The notes under the pieces: generated by a model
Database searches by the model: none
Seen by the model: the letters and a program-made list of their open reading frames with translations, nothing else
Told to the model about the DNA's origin: nothing
Position numbers and translations under genes: made by a program
Shown here: piece after piece, positions 38,755-52,794 of the stretch
How positions within the stretch are numbered: position 1 is the stretch's first letter
Layout: every line of letters starts with the position of its first letter
DNA from: Eledone cirrhosa
Lineage: Eukaryota
DNA length: 64,000 nucleotides
Reading direction: 5' to 3'
Assembly (NCBI GenBank): GCA_964016885.1
Contig: OZ024742.1
Location: 193,130,001-193,194,000, forward strand

Positions 38755-39107
38755 GTGTGTGTAGAAAACTATATTTCATACATATATGTGCTGTGTGTGT
38801 GTGAATCCTCTTAGAAACATGTATACAAGAATACATGAATGCGCGTGCATGCATATGTGCTGTCATACAGTGGCATGTTCACCTATATACGTTTCGTGGC
38901 AATGGTCCAACTAACAAGTCATTTCATACTACTAAATGTTCAATGCTTTACCTGCATAACTTGAATAATATACAACAACAAGCAGATATTTAGTGGGACC
39001 ACGACGTTCGAATGTTGTCCTACTAGATTAAGGTATATGCATCACAATATAAGATAATTATTTTTGATCATTGAACGTTATATTATCACATTGCTCTTCT
39101 TTTACAG

Positions 39108-39159
39108 CTATACCAGCAGGAATTATAAGGAACCCTTTTTTCAACACACATTCTCCTAT
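39108..39159 (+). CDS. M13 peptidase exon: (T)IPAGIIRNPFFNTHSP(M)
   Basis: cttcttttacag acceptor and gtgagt donor; matches FPAGILQPPFF; 52 nt, phase 1 to 2. Confidence 0.92.
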
Positions 39160-39627
39160 GTGAGTACGAATACACTCATTCTGGTTCTAATATTTATGAT
39201 TCGAAGCAAAATGTTATCAATATACTTGAATAATATCTTCTAGGACACGATATATTTTAACAGGTCCCTAATGATTTTTATTGCTTCAGTCTACACTTCA
39301 ATATCGATAAAATACAGGTTTGTTGGAGGTGTTGAGTACACTCTATTAGTCGAGAGGCCACCACATACTCCATTCAGTTACCACATAGCGGCATCTGTAA
39401 AATTAGATTACTAATATTATATTTGAAAATATCTGCAGAAATATTTTCCGTTTACATAATCATTAATAATCAACATTTGGGCGAGAATTGATCCTATATA
39501 TATATATATATATATATATAAATATATATATTAATAGTAATAATAATAAATTTGAAGATTAAAATCCAAAGAGGGCTCAATAAGGATAAATATATATCAA
39601 CTATATAAGAACCGTAGAGCAAATATT

Positions 39628-39762
39628 TATTAAAATAACAGATTAAAGTTTAAGCAAAGAATCGCTGCTTTCACCCTTAACGGGATTTTCTGAGTTTTAG
39701 AAGATCCCGTTAAGGGTGAAAGCATCGATTATTTGCTTAAACTTTAATATTTTATTTTAATA
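39628..39762. repeat. Foldback hairpin with about 60-bp arms
   Basis: aaagtttaagcaaa..atcg.tgctttcacccttaacgggat / atcccgttaagggtgaaagcatcgat..tttgcttaaacttt; one arm recurs at 61410-61458. Confidence 0.9.
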
Positions 39763-39800
39763 TAAATATATATATATATATTTATATATATATATATAAC

Positions 39801-39831
<31 letters not shown>

Positions 39832-39971
39832 GGGAGAGGGAGAGGGGACGGTGTCTTAACTGTTTCATCAAAATATATCACTTGGGAAAGAGAGACCAAA
39901 TTTCCAATGTTTAATTTCACCTACTAGGAAATTATTTACTCTTAATATTTCTATATTTCTCTGTATTACAG

Positions 39972-40039
39972 GTCTTTGAATTTTGGTGGACTTGGTACAA
40001 TATTGGGACATGAACTAATGCACGCTTTTGATAACGATG
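39972..40039 (+). CDS. M13 peptidase exon with HExxH: SLNFGGLGTILGHELMHAFDND(G)
   Basis: tattacag acceptor and gtaatg donor; matches the M13 signature LNFG.IG..IGHE.THGFD; 68 nt, phase 2 to 1. Confidence 0.96.
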
Positions 40040-40416
40040 GTAATGTATACAGAATAAATGGTTTTATTGTAAGGGAAGATTGTTTTAGCCATTTAAGTCA
40101 CAGTAACAATTCACAGACATTGCATCATAACTTTTGCCGCAAGGAATAATGACAAATATAATGTATAGTTTAGCGTTATTGAGTATTGTTAAATCATTAA
40201 ACATAGTTTCAATATCGTGTCTCAGAGCTCCTCGCTTGCCAAATAAGTACAACTCTGGGTAAAATAACTCTTCCATGTAGTAATTGTTTTAAGTTCCACA
40301 CTGTCTTAGATCAAGTAGCTTCCAAGAATAGTACAACTGTAGCTAAAATGACCCTTTCTTGTTGTAGCTGCTTTAATTTCAACACACGGTCTCAGATCAA
40401 ATCACGTGCACGCCAA

Positions 40417-40770
40417 TTACTTTTGGGTCTTGAATAATCGTCCGCCCCTGCTTATTATTTTTTTTCAGATTCCCCAACCCGCTCATATTCCCTCCACCCC
40501 GCTTATTAAATTTTGCTAATCTATCTCCGGTAAAATTTTATTTTAATCGGTAACATTCCTGCAACAATTGATTTTCTTTATACATTAAAAATGTTACATG
40601 ACAACTACAGCATATTACTAGAAATCTCGTATATTAGGGATCTCAATATGTAAACTAAACGACTAATTCTATATTCTTTTTAAATAACCGAGAAATTACT
40701 GCCACCCTGCGCGCCTATTCAAAATTCCTCAATTATTCCAACTCCTCTCTTATTTGGGATCCGAGAGTAC
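40417..40770. mobile_element. Possible old non-autonomous DNA transposon
   Basis: Degenerate inverted ends tacttttgggtcttgaataa and ttatttgggatccgagagta; internal ccc..cttatt repeats. Confidence 0.35.
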
Positions 40771-41129
40771 AAATGTGACACAAATAAGATTTCCAAATTG
40801 TAATTGTTTTTGTTTCAATACAGTCTCAGATCAAGTCGATATGTTCAAGTCGATATGTTCACGTATATATATACTAATTGTATATAATTTGAAAAGAGAA
40901 GAAAGAGAGGCCCCTGTACTCCTTATAATTGTTTTGGATTACATCCAACATCTTTCATTGAATGGTAATGAGACGAATGCGTCACCGATCTGAACTCAGT
41001 TGATGGTTTACTTCTTCCCTAAAACTTAGAAGGAAATGTCCAACCACTCCTTCAACCACGCTGAAATAAGCTGCTGCTCATTTTGAACTCTATTGCTATG
41101 TCTCAAAAATTGAATTCATCTCAATAGAA

Positions 41130-41620
41130 TCTGATATTAGCATAGACACTGTAAATAGGAAACACTCAAAGCAAGTAGAAATCATTAAGCATCTTGTTTC
41201 CTTCATAATGAAATCAGAAAATGACTTCGAAATACGTAGAGCCTTAGCCTGGAGTGTGTTTCACAACCTGGATAAAATTTGGAAATCCAATATACCAAAC
41301 AAAGTTAAAATCGGCATGTTTAGATGGATATAGAGCCATTTAGATGGATATTACACTACTCTTCACAGAAAAAACGCAAATTATTCGTTCGCACACCCTT
41401 CTCCCGCTTAATTAGATATACATAAAAATCCCTAAAGTGAGTGCAGGAATGATTGACCGTAGTACAAAGCTAGCTGGTCACTGCTACTACGCAAAAGATG
41501 AGATTGTTTCAGACCTCTTGTGGGAGGTGTCCTCTACCAGAAAGATCAGATACTAGGATATCTGAGAAAGAGATACTGGAATTGAAAATTATGATCTACG
41601 GACCATGATGTGAATCAGGG
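41130..41620 (+). mobile_element. Degenerate RTE-like LINE 3' fragment
   Basis: SENDFEIRRALAWSVFHNLDKIWKSNIPNKVKIGMFR and ...KLAGHCYYAKDEIVSDLLW. Confidence 0.7.
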
Positions 41621-41850
41621 ACTGTTAGTGTGAAATTTCGCTTGCTGCTTCGCCTAAGAGCGATGGATAAAGTGATACAATAATATAACTTGATCTTTTA
41701 TCAGTTTCAAAGAATAGCATTCAAGAAATTCGATTAAACACAGTTACCTGCTCATAACGGAATCATCGTGTAAGTGGTCGAATATTCCACAGATGTTTGT
41801 GCTCAGTGTATCACTTTTCATTGTATAAACACACACACACACACACACAT

Positions 41851-41891
<41 letters not shown>

Positions 41892-41902
41892 TATATATAT
41901 AT

Positions 41903-42050
41903 AGGCGAATTGGCAGAGTTGTTAAGTCGTCGGAAAGAATGCTTTAGGGTAATTGTCCCACTTCATTGAACGCTCTGAGTTCAAAACCCGCCGAGGTCAA
42001 CTTTGCCTTTCATCCTTTCGAGGTCGATAAAAAAAGTACCAATCCACTAA
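41903..42050 (+). mobile_element. tRNA-derived SINE, 3' incomplete
   Basis: ggcgaattggcaga (A-box-like), gagttcaaaaccc (B box), shared core gccgaggtcaactttgcctttcatcctttc. Confidence 0.85.
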
Positions 42051-42644
42051 ATATCGGCTGTGTTCAGACCCTGAGAGGGTTGGGCTCCGACAGGTTTAAA
42101 AGAGCCCTAGACACGCCGTATGACGGTGCGTTTACGACCCCACAGGATCTTTATATTTGTATCCTTTATATATATATATGTGTGTGTGTGCGCGCGTATG
42201 TATATATAATAAAATAACAGAAAGCTGGACTTGTGTAAATCGGTCGCCCTTAAGTGACTTGAGGGCGACCAACTAAAGTAGAATTCGGAATTGACCATAC
42301 AGAATGACCAATTCTATCCAGTGGTGTGCCAACAAACCTAAATATATGTATATATATATATATACACACAGTTCAAGAGTAACCAATCTTAAAGAGAGAG
42401 ATGGAGTTAGGAGAGGGGATAGGAGAGGAGAGATTGGTGAATTAGTTAGAAGCCAAAGCGTAAAGGCATGTGCTCAATGTGCAATATGCAGTAGAAAGCA
42501 GCTAGGTGGCTGGGTTCATGCAGAAGTTAGGCGCGCAGAGCTGAAAATATTCATTAGTTAAGCAAAACAAGACCACAAATTTCACAAGGAAGACATTATT
42601 AAAAGCTTGTCAACATATTTTAGTTTGATGTAAGGAATGTAGAG

Positions 42645-42856
42645 AATAATAATAATAATATTAATAATAATTGTTTCTACTTTAGGCACAAGGCCAGCAA
42701 TTACCCAGTGCATTACTGGTACTTTATTTTATCGACCCCGTAAGGATGAAAGACAAAGTCAACCTCGGCGGGATTTGAACTCAGATCGTAAAGAGACGTA
42801 ACTATACTGAAAAGCATGGCGTCCGACCCTCTACCGATACTGCCAATCCACCGCCG
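42645..42856 (-). mobile_element. tRNA-derived SINE with (TTA)n tail
   Basis: Reverse complement has a ggcggtggattggcag head, B box, shared core and agtagaaacaattattatt end. Confidence 0.9.
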
Positions 42857-42899
42857 TTTATAATTGTTTCGCTACTCTATATAATATTTCTGGATCAGA

Positions 42900-44570
42900 T
42901 GACTATATATCATTATTTATCTGGTTCAATTGAAAATAATTAACATATTTAAAAACAGAGCGGCTCATCGGAACTTCAAAGGAATATAAATTAAAATAAG
43001 GAGAGAATGTTACATAATGTAATGTTCCATATATTGGTATTTCACTATCGTGTCCTGGGTGTATCAATTGTCAGCCATAATCAAGCAGTATTCATCTGTC
43101 GAGGCTGCATTGTGTGAGATCTGCCTATCGGTAACAAGATGGCCGCCAATGGACATATTTACCGTACTAATTAGAGGGTTGTTTCAAGGAAAGGAACTCC
43201 TCGAGAGATTAGAAATTGTGGGTAGTTCATAATTAAGTACTAATTTTTAAATTTTTTAACTGAGAGACAATGTAGGGGAGGTAACTTATAATTATCTAAG
43301 TTAGTTATAGCTATTTAACTTATTAGCTAAAAGTAAAAATGGGGCTAGATGACTATGTTGGGTCAAATATTCTGTTGGCGAAGGAATTAGCCCTTCGATG
43401 TTGACAGCTAATAGTTACCTCCGTTCTATCGTTAATCGGTAGAGGTCGTGATAGAGTTATGTAATATGCTTCGGTAATACAGAGATCACAATATTTTCTT
43501 CGTCCATTGAACGGTTGTGCGCGATAGCTAAAATATCCCATGTTAGTGAGTGTTCAATGTTGGTTAATTTAAGGTTTTTAATGAGCCTAGCTAGAGATGT
43601 CGAACATCTGTTGTTAGGGTCCCGGAAGGAAAAAGAGTGCGAGTTATAGCGTACCTTAAAAGGGGTAGACGTAGACCCGATAGAGGAGCTGGTATTCGAA
43701 GCATTTTAACCGTGCACCTATAGACTATGTTGGGTATCAGGCAATGTCCATTTAGTGGGCATGCATTAGGGTAACGGCAGTTGCATTTACCTCTGCGGTT
43801 AGTGAGAGTAGGGTAGTTTAACCTAAGCGGTTGGTCAGTGTTAGAAGGATTAGATGGGGGAGGTGTGCTACTAGAGTAAGTATTGGTGTAGTGGCGTGGT
43901 GTATTTGATAGGGGTGGTGGTACCGCGGTGTGGGAGTTATACTGTCTTAGTTTATGTTGGTTACTGAATGTGATGTGGCTAGCTAGGTTAGGTGTTGTGG
44001 ACAATGAGATTTTAATATTGATTTTATTAAAGAGTTTGTAATATCTATAGTTGGGGGGGGGGGAATGTTTAGATAGGATAGATAAGAAGAGTTTAGGGAT
44101 ATTAGTGGCTAAATTAGATTAGAATGGGGGGGGTAAGCCAGGTGATATTTCTAGGCATATTCCTTTTAGGGGTTCTAGTGGAGTTGATAGGGGCCTTCCT
44201 AGGGTTATTATTACCTGGGGATTTGTTATTTGTCATCCCATTTCTCATTCCTATTCTAGGGTTGATTTTTAGTTTGCGACTTGGAGTGGGGAGCAGGTCG
44301 CTGCCACCATTAAAGTTCCCTGTATAGGTGCTGTAACTCCTAAAATTCCGGCGAATCTGGCTATATGATAAGGTATTTCTAGTTCTAGTGTTAAGTTTAT
44401 TATGGTGAATTGCTGTGTTATGGCATTTAGGTATGTAGTAAATGGATTGTTCATAACCTGAGTCAGAAAGAGCCTTATTATAATATTGTGCATGGAGATC
44501 CTATATGAGATAGATTTGATTACTGCTCTGATGACTGCCGGTGGGTGGTTAGAGTGTGGGCTAATATATG
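42900..44570 (-). mobile_element. Degenerate Penelope-like element (RT thumb + GIY-YIG) with 3' repeat region
   Basis: [23 protein letters not shown]; CNCRYPNACPLNGHCLIPNIVYRC; CDLCITEAYYI...INDRTE...CQH. Confidence 0.85.
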
Positions 44571-44577
44571 TGAGTAT

Positions 44578-44622
<45 letters not shown>

Positions 44623-44627
<5 letters not shown>

Positions 44628-44774
44628 TTGCGAGGTTTTTTATATGAAATCGTGTGTCGAAACAGATATTGTTATATTTGGGGAGGCTCATATGTGCGTA
44701 ATATTGCCAAAAAAGTGAGTGTATTCTGTTATTAATTCTGGCAATATTACGCAAATATGACCCTCCCCAAATAT

Positions 44775-44781
<7 letters not shown>
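44623..44781. mobile_element. MITE-like foldback within (TA)n
   Basis: About 43-bp inverted arms 44667-44709 and 44739-44781 (tattgttatatttggggagg.tcatat.tgcgtaatattgcca) plus a one-sided extension. Confidence 0.75.
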
Positions 44782-44816
<35 letters not shown>

Positions 44817-44838
44817 TTATATATATATATACATATAC

Positions 44839-44971
<133 letters not shown>

Positions 44972-45317
44972 GCTCTATATTTATTTCCCACTTGCAATAT
45001 ATATATATGTCTTGTTTGGAGCCAAATTGTACGAGTTGTCATTCGTTCCGGTTTTCTGCACTCTCTGTGATTTGAAATCCCGTCGCGGTCAGCTCACCAT
45101 TTTATACTTTTGAGATTGATACTGGATTTACCTTTCCTATATATCTATATCTCACTTGCAATGTAAAACTTTCTTTCTCTGTTCATAGGTAGTGAAACGA
45201 TGGACTCCGCGAAGTTTAAAATAAATGCATAAGACGCCCTTTGTGACCATGGCGGCCCTACGATACCAGCAGAAGTCATCGGTCCATGAATACATATATG
45301 TTATCTATTTATTTCAG

Positions 45318-45448
45318 GTACTTTATTCAATGCTCGGGGAGAATATTCACCATGGCTAACTTCAACCGCAAAAAAGTCGTTTGAAAGGCTTTCTAAGCAG
45401 TTAATACAGCAATATTCACATTTCAAAGTACCTGGTACAAATTTATAT
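45318..45448 (+). CDS. M13 peptidase exon: (G)TLFNARGEYSPWLTSTAKKSFERLSKQLIQQYSHFKVPGTNLY
   Basis: atttcag acceptor and gtaagt donor; 131 nt open, phase 1 to 0; fits G..F...G....W.......F.......QY. The expected next exon (NG..T..ENIAD) was not found in the window. Confidence 0.92.
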
Positions 45449-45703
45449 GTAAGTACTTTTAACATTTTGAGTAGTTAGATAGTGAAAATATATGTACATT
45501 TTATAACATTAAGTATATATTGCCACATAGAATGAATTAATATATATACACATGTAAGCCGAAAATACACACGTAAGTCAAAAGTAAAGAAAAAACGTAA
45601 TGTCAATGTAATATATATATATATACAGTATATATATATACATATATATGTGCGTGTTTGTGTGTCTGTAGTGTGTGCGTGTTTGTGTGTATGTATATTT
45701 ATT

Positions 45704-45767
<64 letters not shown>

Positions 45768-46329
45768 TTTAAAGGCCATTTACTACAATGAAAGCCATAA
45801 AACGACCGTTTCGTTGGCCTGAAAGACCAACGCCTTCAGCCTAAAGCGGTGAAAATGAAATTTCCGTTCCTGGTCTAGCTTCGTTGTAGTAACTGGCCTT
45901 AATAATTATATTAAAACTCGCCATACGGACACAGGTTGCGCTCCATCTTGAACATTTTTTCCATGATTTACAAATAGATATGTGTATGTATATGTATGCA
46001 TATATGTATTTATGTATGTATTTATGTACAAATATGTTTATTCATATATCTGTTTATAATCTATATGTAATTAAAATATAACGATTCTCAAGTGAATGAA
46101 ACTAGACTAGATTTCATTTCAATTTCTTCTGAAATAAATACAAGCATTTGCATGTATGTATGTACATATGTATGTATGTTCTTCTGGTTTTATAATTTCG
46201 CAAATTTGTAAACCAGAACATACATACATATAAATGCAAATGGCTTGTATTTATTTCAATGTATGTGTGTACGTATGTATGTATTTATGTATGTTGCTGA
46301 GAATGAGTTAACGTACCATGTTTTTCAGA

Positions 46330-46546
46330 ATATTTGTAAATCAAGTGATGGTTTGAAGAGAAATCTAAACACACACAATAAGCAAACTAACATGGGAAGT
46401 AAGAACGAAATGAGACATCATTGTATTATTTGTGGACGAGCCTTTCACAGGCTTTCCTTACTCAAAAGGCATTTGAGATTTCATGCCAGGAAAGAATAGA
46501 CATAAACTAAAAGGAGTGGTCAATCTTTGTATTGAGCTGTTGACCT
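46330..46546 (+). mobile_element. C2H2-finger remnant, probably the 3' end of an RTE-type LINE
   Basis: ICKSSDGLKRNLNTH...CIICGRAFHRLSLLKRHLRFH* followed by a short UTR; embedded in tatg repeats; no upstream ORF. Confidence 0.5.
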
Positions 46547-46874
46547 ACACATGTATATATACATTTATGCAGCGACTCGATGACGTATGTATATGTCTGT
46601 GTGTATGTGATAATATGCATAGGTGTACGATATGCCAACGGTGATAAATACACAGTTCAATCAAAACGATAACTTAGCTAGTCAATAAAAGATAGAGCGA
46701 TAAATCAGTTTTGATCGAGTAAAATTCCTTGAATTCCCTGTCGTAGCCTGGGGCATGTATTGCAGTTTATGAGTATTAGTGGATGTGAGAGTCGTTATGT
46801 GTGTATATAAAGATTTATATTTATATGTATGTAAGTGTGTTTGTATATATATATATATATATATATTTATATAA

Positions 46875-46994
<120 letters not shown>

Positions 46995-47337
46995 CGTTTG
47001 GCCTGTAGTGGGTTCTCTTCTTGCTCACATCTCAGTTACGTCGGATGGTCTATATATCCCTCGCTCATGAAATCCACACAGCTTAAGCTGACCTGATCGC
47101 CATGGTGCTTGTTTTTTTCCTATCTTTGCGTTGCTTCCCTTCCTTGTTGTTTACTGTCTCGCTCGCTTTACGCGATTTACTTGTCCCAATAGCTTTATTT
47201 AGCTATTGCTCACACCAACCGGAGGTATATGATTTTTAAAGCGCTGAAATACCAATGAAGGTTGGAAAATCACTGACGAATGACTATTTTTTTATCATAT
47301 GTAACCCATGTGCAACCACGCAGTATTCTTTCTTCTC

Positions 47338-47345
<8 letters not shown>
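46995..47345 (+). repeat. Diverged single copy of the 511-bp repeat family
   Basis: ttgttgtttact..tctc.ctcgctttacgcg, gaggtatatgattttt, aaatcactga.ga and ccatgtgcaacc.gcagtattctt are shared with 50935-51125. Confidence 0.8.
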
Positions 47346-47381
<36 letters not shown>

Positions 47382-47430
47382 AATTTAGACACACACATCT
47401 ACACATCCATGCACATACACACCTACACCA

Positions 47431-47491
<61 letters not shown>

Positions 47492-47855
47492 GTTATTCCA
47501 TAAAGAAGCTCATATACATCCGTTAATATTCATGCACAGGCAATATACTCACAAGAGGGTCATATGAAAGAAAACATTTTGAAAATGTTATTAGATTCAA
47601 ATCTTTTATTAGATTCAAATATATTTATTATAAAGACGAATTTCAATAGTGTCAACGGTTCAGGAATAAAACATGTATTGCTATTGAATGCATCTAGAAT
47701 GTTTTTTGTACGACGTATTCTAAACGACATATTTTCTAGAGCTTCTTATGAAAATATTTACGGATTTTTCTCAACAGGATTTCAATGGTGTTTGTATATT
47801 GTTCACATTTGCTATACTTTTGTCATTGATTTTCAATTGAATGATATATATATAT

Positions 47856-50540
47856 ATAGGAGAAAGTATGACGCCGACGGCAGAGCTCAAGCCGTTTCGA
47901 CGGCTATTTCTGAACTAAAGTAATAGTTTTTTAGACTGGTAAATAAATAGCCGAACTTTTCAAAGGGTACTTCCTTATATGTGAAGATTGTAGTTGTCAA
48001 GAGGATTTGGTCAAAATGTAAAGCAGACACAGAAAAGTCTATTATGGCAGTGGATGCGGGGTGGGGATTGCTGAACATGCCTGTAGAACGACAGGGGAGT
48101 GGGTAAAGCCGCTCAAGCGTAGAAGGTGAAATCTACACAGCCAATTCTAAGGTATGTGTATGAAAGTAGGACAGTGGAGTTTGACGAAAAAAGGTTTCTT
48201 TAGAAAGTGGAGCAGGGACGTTATAGAAATAGTCAATCAAATGCGATTAAGGGACAATGAAAACATATAATAAAAGAGAATATGATAAAAAATGAGAGAA
48301 ATATGTATCAGAATGTATGATTGGAAAGTGAGAAGTGAAATAAAACTAAAGAGTCTAACACAGCTGCTATGAATAGTTAGTATAGCGTAATCGGTTGGTG
48401 CTGCTATTTCGGCCAAAGCTATAGAATGAGTTGCTAGATGAGAATTATTGAAAATTTAGAATTACAATTAATACCACGTCTCTGGGGTCTAACACAGCTG
48501 CTATGAATAGTTAGTATAGCGTATTCGGTGAATGCTAGCTGTAACTTACTGGGTTGGGGGTACTGATGCTAATGCTAAAGACGACCGATGGGCTGCCTCG
48601 GGGTAGGCGAAAGGGGAAAAACACAAAGAAACGAACGAGGAAGAAATTCGGTGGTGGCAATAAGTGATAGGAGACAAAGAGAAGGGGAAAACATATAGGA
48701 AAAGGAAAGAGGTACATCTACCTATATAAGTAGGGGTTTCCTCTATCTTATTCGGCAAGTTGGGTGTTTCAGCCCTAGTCTACCCACCCGCATCGTTAGG
48801 GGGTTTGAGGGCGAGGTAAGTCTTCCGCAATCTGTGTTTGCATGCAGTTACCAGTCGTCTTTTTTGTTTAGGAGTTGATCCTTCGTAAACAGCATTTATA
48901 ATGTTTCCTCCGAGCATAAGTTACACGGACGGCGTCCTCCCGTGCGAGACATGGCTCTGGACAGTAAGCACCAAGTAAGATGGTAAGTTATATTATTATC
49001 TTGGAGGTCCCAGATATGGCCCGAAATTGTGGTGGCATGTCGCCGGACCGTGGTTCGGAACGTATGTCGGTGTTGGTAGAGCCGCATCTTAAAGTCACAA
49101 ACGGTTAATCCTATATAAGCTTTATTGGAAGTGTCCGTCCACACGTTGCACTGGAAGATCACGTTACGTTCTCGGCATCTGTTGTTGAGGGGGCACGTAG
49201 ATTTATCAGGGCAGTTACACCTCCTGGTCGGCTCTTCACTAATTTCTAGGTTGTTTGTTCCATAGGTGTTGAGTTTTTTGTTGTTTGAGGAGACGATGTT
49301 TTGTGCGAAGTTAGGTGTGGTGCTGTAGGATAGCTTGATAATGTTTTTGTTGATTATGTTGTGGTAGCGGTGATGTGGTGGAAAGTTTTTTTAGAGAAGC
49401 CTAAAGAAGATTTTACCGATAGGTGTTGCCACCTCGGCATTGTGGGGAGGATTGAACCATGTTATCTGGCGTGAACGGCGGCGTCTCCTGCTGGTTCGGC
49501 TAAGGGAAGCTGGATAAAATGATATTTCCTCCCAGAAGCCACTCCGCTTGAGGGCCTGGTTGCAATGAGGCGCATGTTCATCGAATATCTGATCATTAGC
49601 GGACAAACGAGATATGCCGAGGGCGATGTTTTTAGCCAGATTATTGCTGATGTTTCTAGGATGGTTAGAGCGGCGGTGGATGTAGTGTAGGTTGTCGTTT
49701 GGTTTCCTGTATGGGTAGTACAGATAATTTTCGAGGTTCAGTGTAACGTCCAGGAAATTTAGTCGCGTTAAGGACGTTTGTAGGGTGATTTTAAATCCCA
49801 GTCCCGGAAGAAGTTGATAAGTTGTTTACGGACCCGGTCTGTATTACTGGGGTTGTACCCTTTTAGGGTAAGGAGCCCATCTTCTCGGTACAATTCTAAA
49901 TTTTCAATAATCGTCATCTAGCAACTCATTCTATAGCTTTGGCCGAAATAGCAGCACCAACTAAATATAGCAACTGTGTTAGACTCTATAGTTTTATTTC
50001 ACTTCTCACTTTCCAGTCTTACATTCTGATACATGTTTCTCTCATTTTTTATTATATTCCTTTTTATTATATTTTTTCATTGTCCCCTAATCGAATTTGA
50101 TTTACTATTTCTATAACGGCTTTCCTCCACTTTCTAAAGAAACCTTTTTTCGCCAACCTCCACTGGCCTACTTTCATACACATTCCTTAGAATTTGCCGT
50201 GTAGATTTCACCTTCTACGCTTGACTGGCTTTATCCACTCCACTTCTACAAGCAAGTTCAACCATCACCACCCTGCTCCCACTTTTCTGTGTCTGCTACA
50301 CATTTTGACCAATCCTCTTGACAACTACAATCTTCCCATATAAGGAAGTACCCTTGAAAAGTTTGGCTATGTATTTACCAGACTAAAAAAACTCTTACTT
50401 TAGTCCAGAAATAGCCGTCGAAACGGCTTGATTTCTGCCGTCGGGGTCATACTCTCTCCTATTACCCACTCTACTAGCCTAAGTATTGACTACTCTGGAG
50501 CGTTATAGTCCATCTGGTTCCTTACCACAACTCCTTTGTT
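47856..50540 (-). mobile_element. 5'-truncated Penelope-like element bracketed by about 600-bp inverted pseudo-LTRs
   Basis: ORF remnants 48800-49890 (LNFLDVTL, HRRSNHP, ITWFNPP, CNCPDKSTCPLNNRC, YIGLT...KMRLYQH, CNLCSEE). 47856-48465 is the inverted counterpart of 49890-50462. Confidence 0.92.
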
Positions 50541-51645
50541 CGTCGGCAAATCACTGATGAGGGACACATTTTATTACATGTTATCCATGTGCAACCTGCA
50601 GTATTCTTTTCCCCATTTTTTCACATATATTTACCTAAACTGTGATTCTGTTTTTTTCTCTCTCTCTCTCTTACTGCTCCCTCTTTCTCTCTGTTTCTCC
50701 CACTTTCTTTCGCCCCCTCTGTCATATCAGTTAACTCTTCCTCACACTTCCAATCACTCACTCACTGTTTCTCCCCTTCTCACTTCACCCCGTTCGCGAC
50801 GAAAACATTTTCTTTCTTTCTCACATTTGGATTCATCTCGAAAGGTCTTTTTTCTAGGCGCTCATATATTCACCTAGCTTATGCTAACATAATAACTATG
50901 TAGCTTGTTCCCTTCCTCTCTACGGTTAGCTCTCTTTGTTGTTTACTTGTCTCACTCGCTTTACGCGTTTTAATTGTCCTAATAACTTAATTTAGTTATT
51001 ATTGCACCGACATGAGGTATATGATTTTTAATGCAATGAAATATCTATGATCGTCGGCAAATCACTGATGAGGGACTCATTTTATTACATGTTATCCATG
51101 TGCAACCTGCAGTATTCTTCTCCCCATTTGTTCACATATATTTACCTAAACTGCGATTCTGTTTTTTTCTCTCTCTCTCTCTTACTGCTCCCTCGTTCTC
51201 TCTGTTTCTCCTACTTTCTTTCGCCCCCTTTGTCATGTCAGTTAACTCTTCCTCACACTTCCACTCACTCACTCACTGTTTCTCCCCTTCTCACTTCACC
51301 CCGTTCGCGACGAAAACATTTTCTTTCTTTCTCACATTTGGATTCATCTCGAAAGGTTTTTTTTCAAAGCGCTCATATATACACCTAGCTTATGCTAACA
51401 TAATAACTATGTAGCCTGTTCCCTTCCTCTCTACGGTTAGCTCTCTTTGTTGTTTACTTGTCTCACTCGCTTTACGCGTTTTAATTGTCCTAATAACTTA
51501 ATTTAGTTATTATTGCACCGACGTGAGGTATATGATTTTTAATGCAATGAAATATCTATGATCGTCGGTAAATCACTGATGAGGGACTCATTTTATTACA
51601 TGTTATCCATGTGCAACCTGCAGTATTCTTCTCCCCATTTTTTCA
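50541..51645 (+). repeat. 511-bp tandem repeat, about 2.2 copies, carrying hammerhead core motifs
   Basis: ctgatga at 50554, 51065 and 51576 (period 511); units nearly identical. Confidence 0.95.
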
Positions 51646-51669
51646 TATATATATATATATATATATATT

Positions 51670-52794
<1,125 letters not shown>

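Noticed and set aside
45772-45900. Minus-strand hammerhead-like CTGAAGGC-stem II-GAAACGGTC
   Set aside because: Core mismatch and no stem I; at best a decayed copy.
46245-46499. C2H2 zinc-finger host gene
   Set aside because: One complete finger only, repeat-derived upstream sequence; a LINE 3' end is more likely.
50400-50450. GAAACGGC...GCCGTC stem III in the pLTR (also near 38620, 47890 and 63905)
   Set aside because: CUGANGA is absent (cagaaat or ctgatct), so it is not called a ribozyme.
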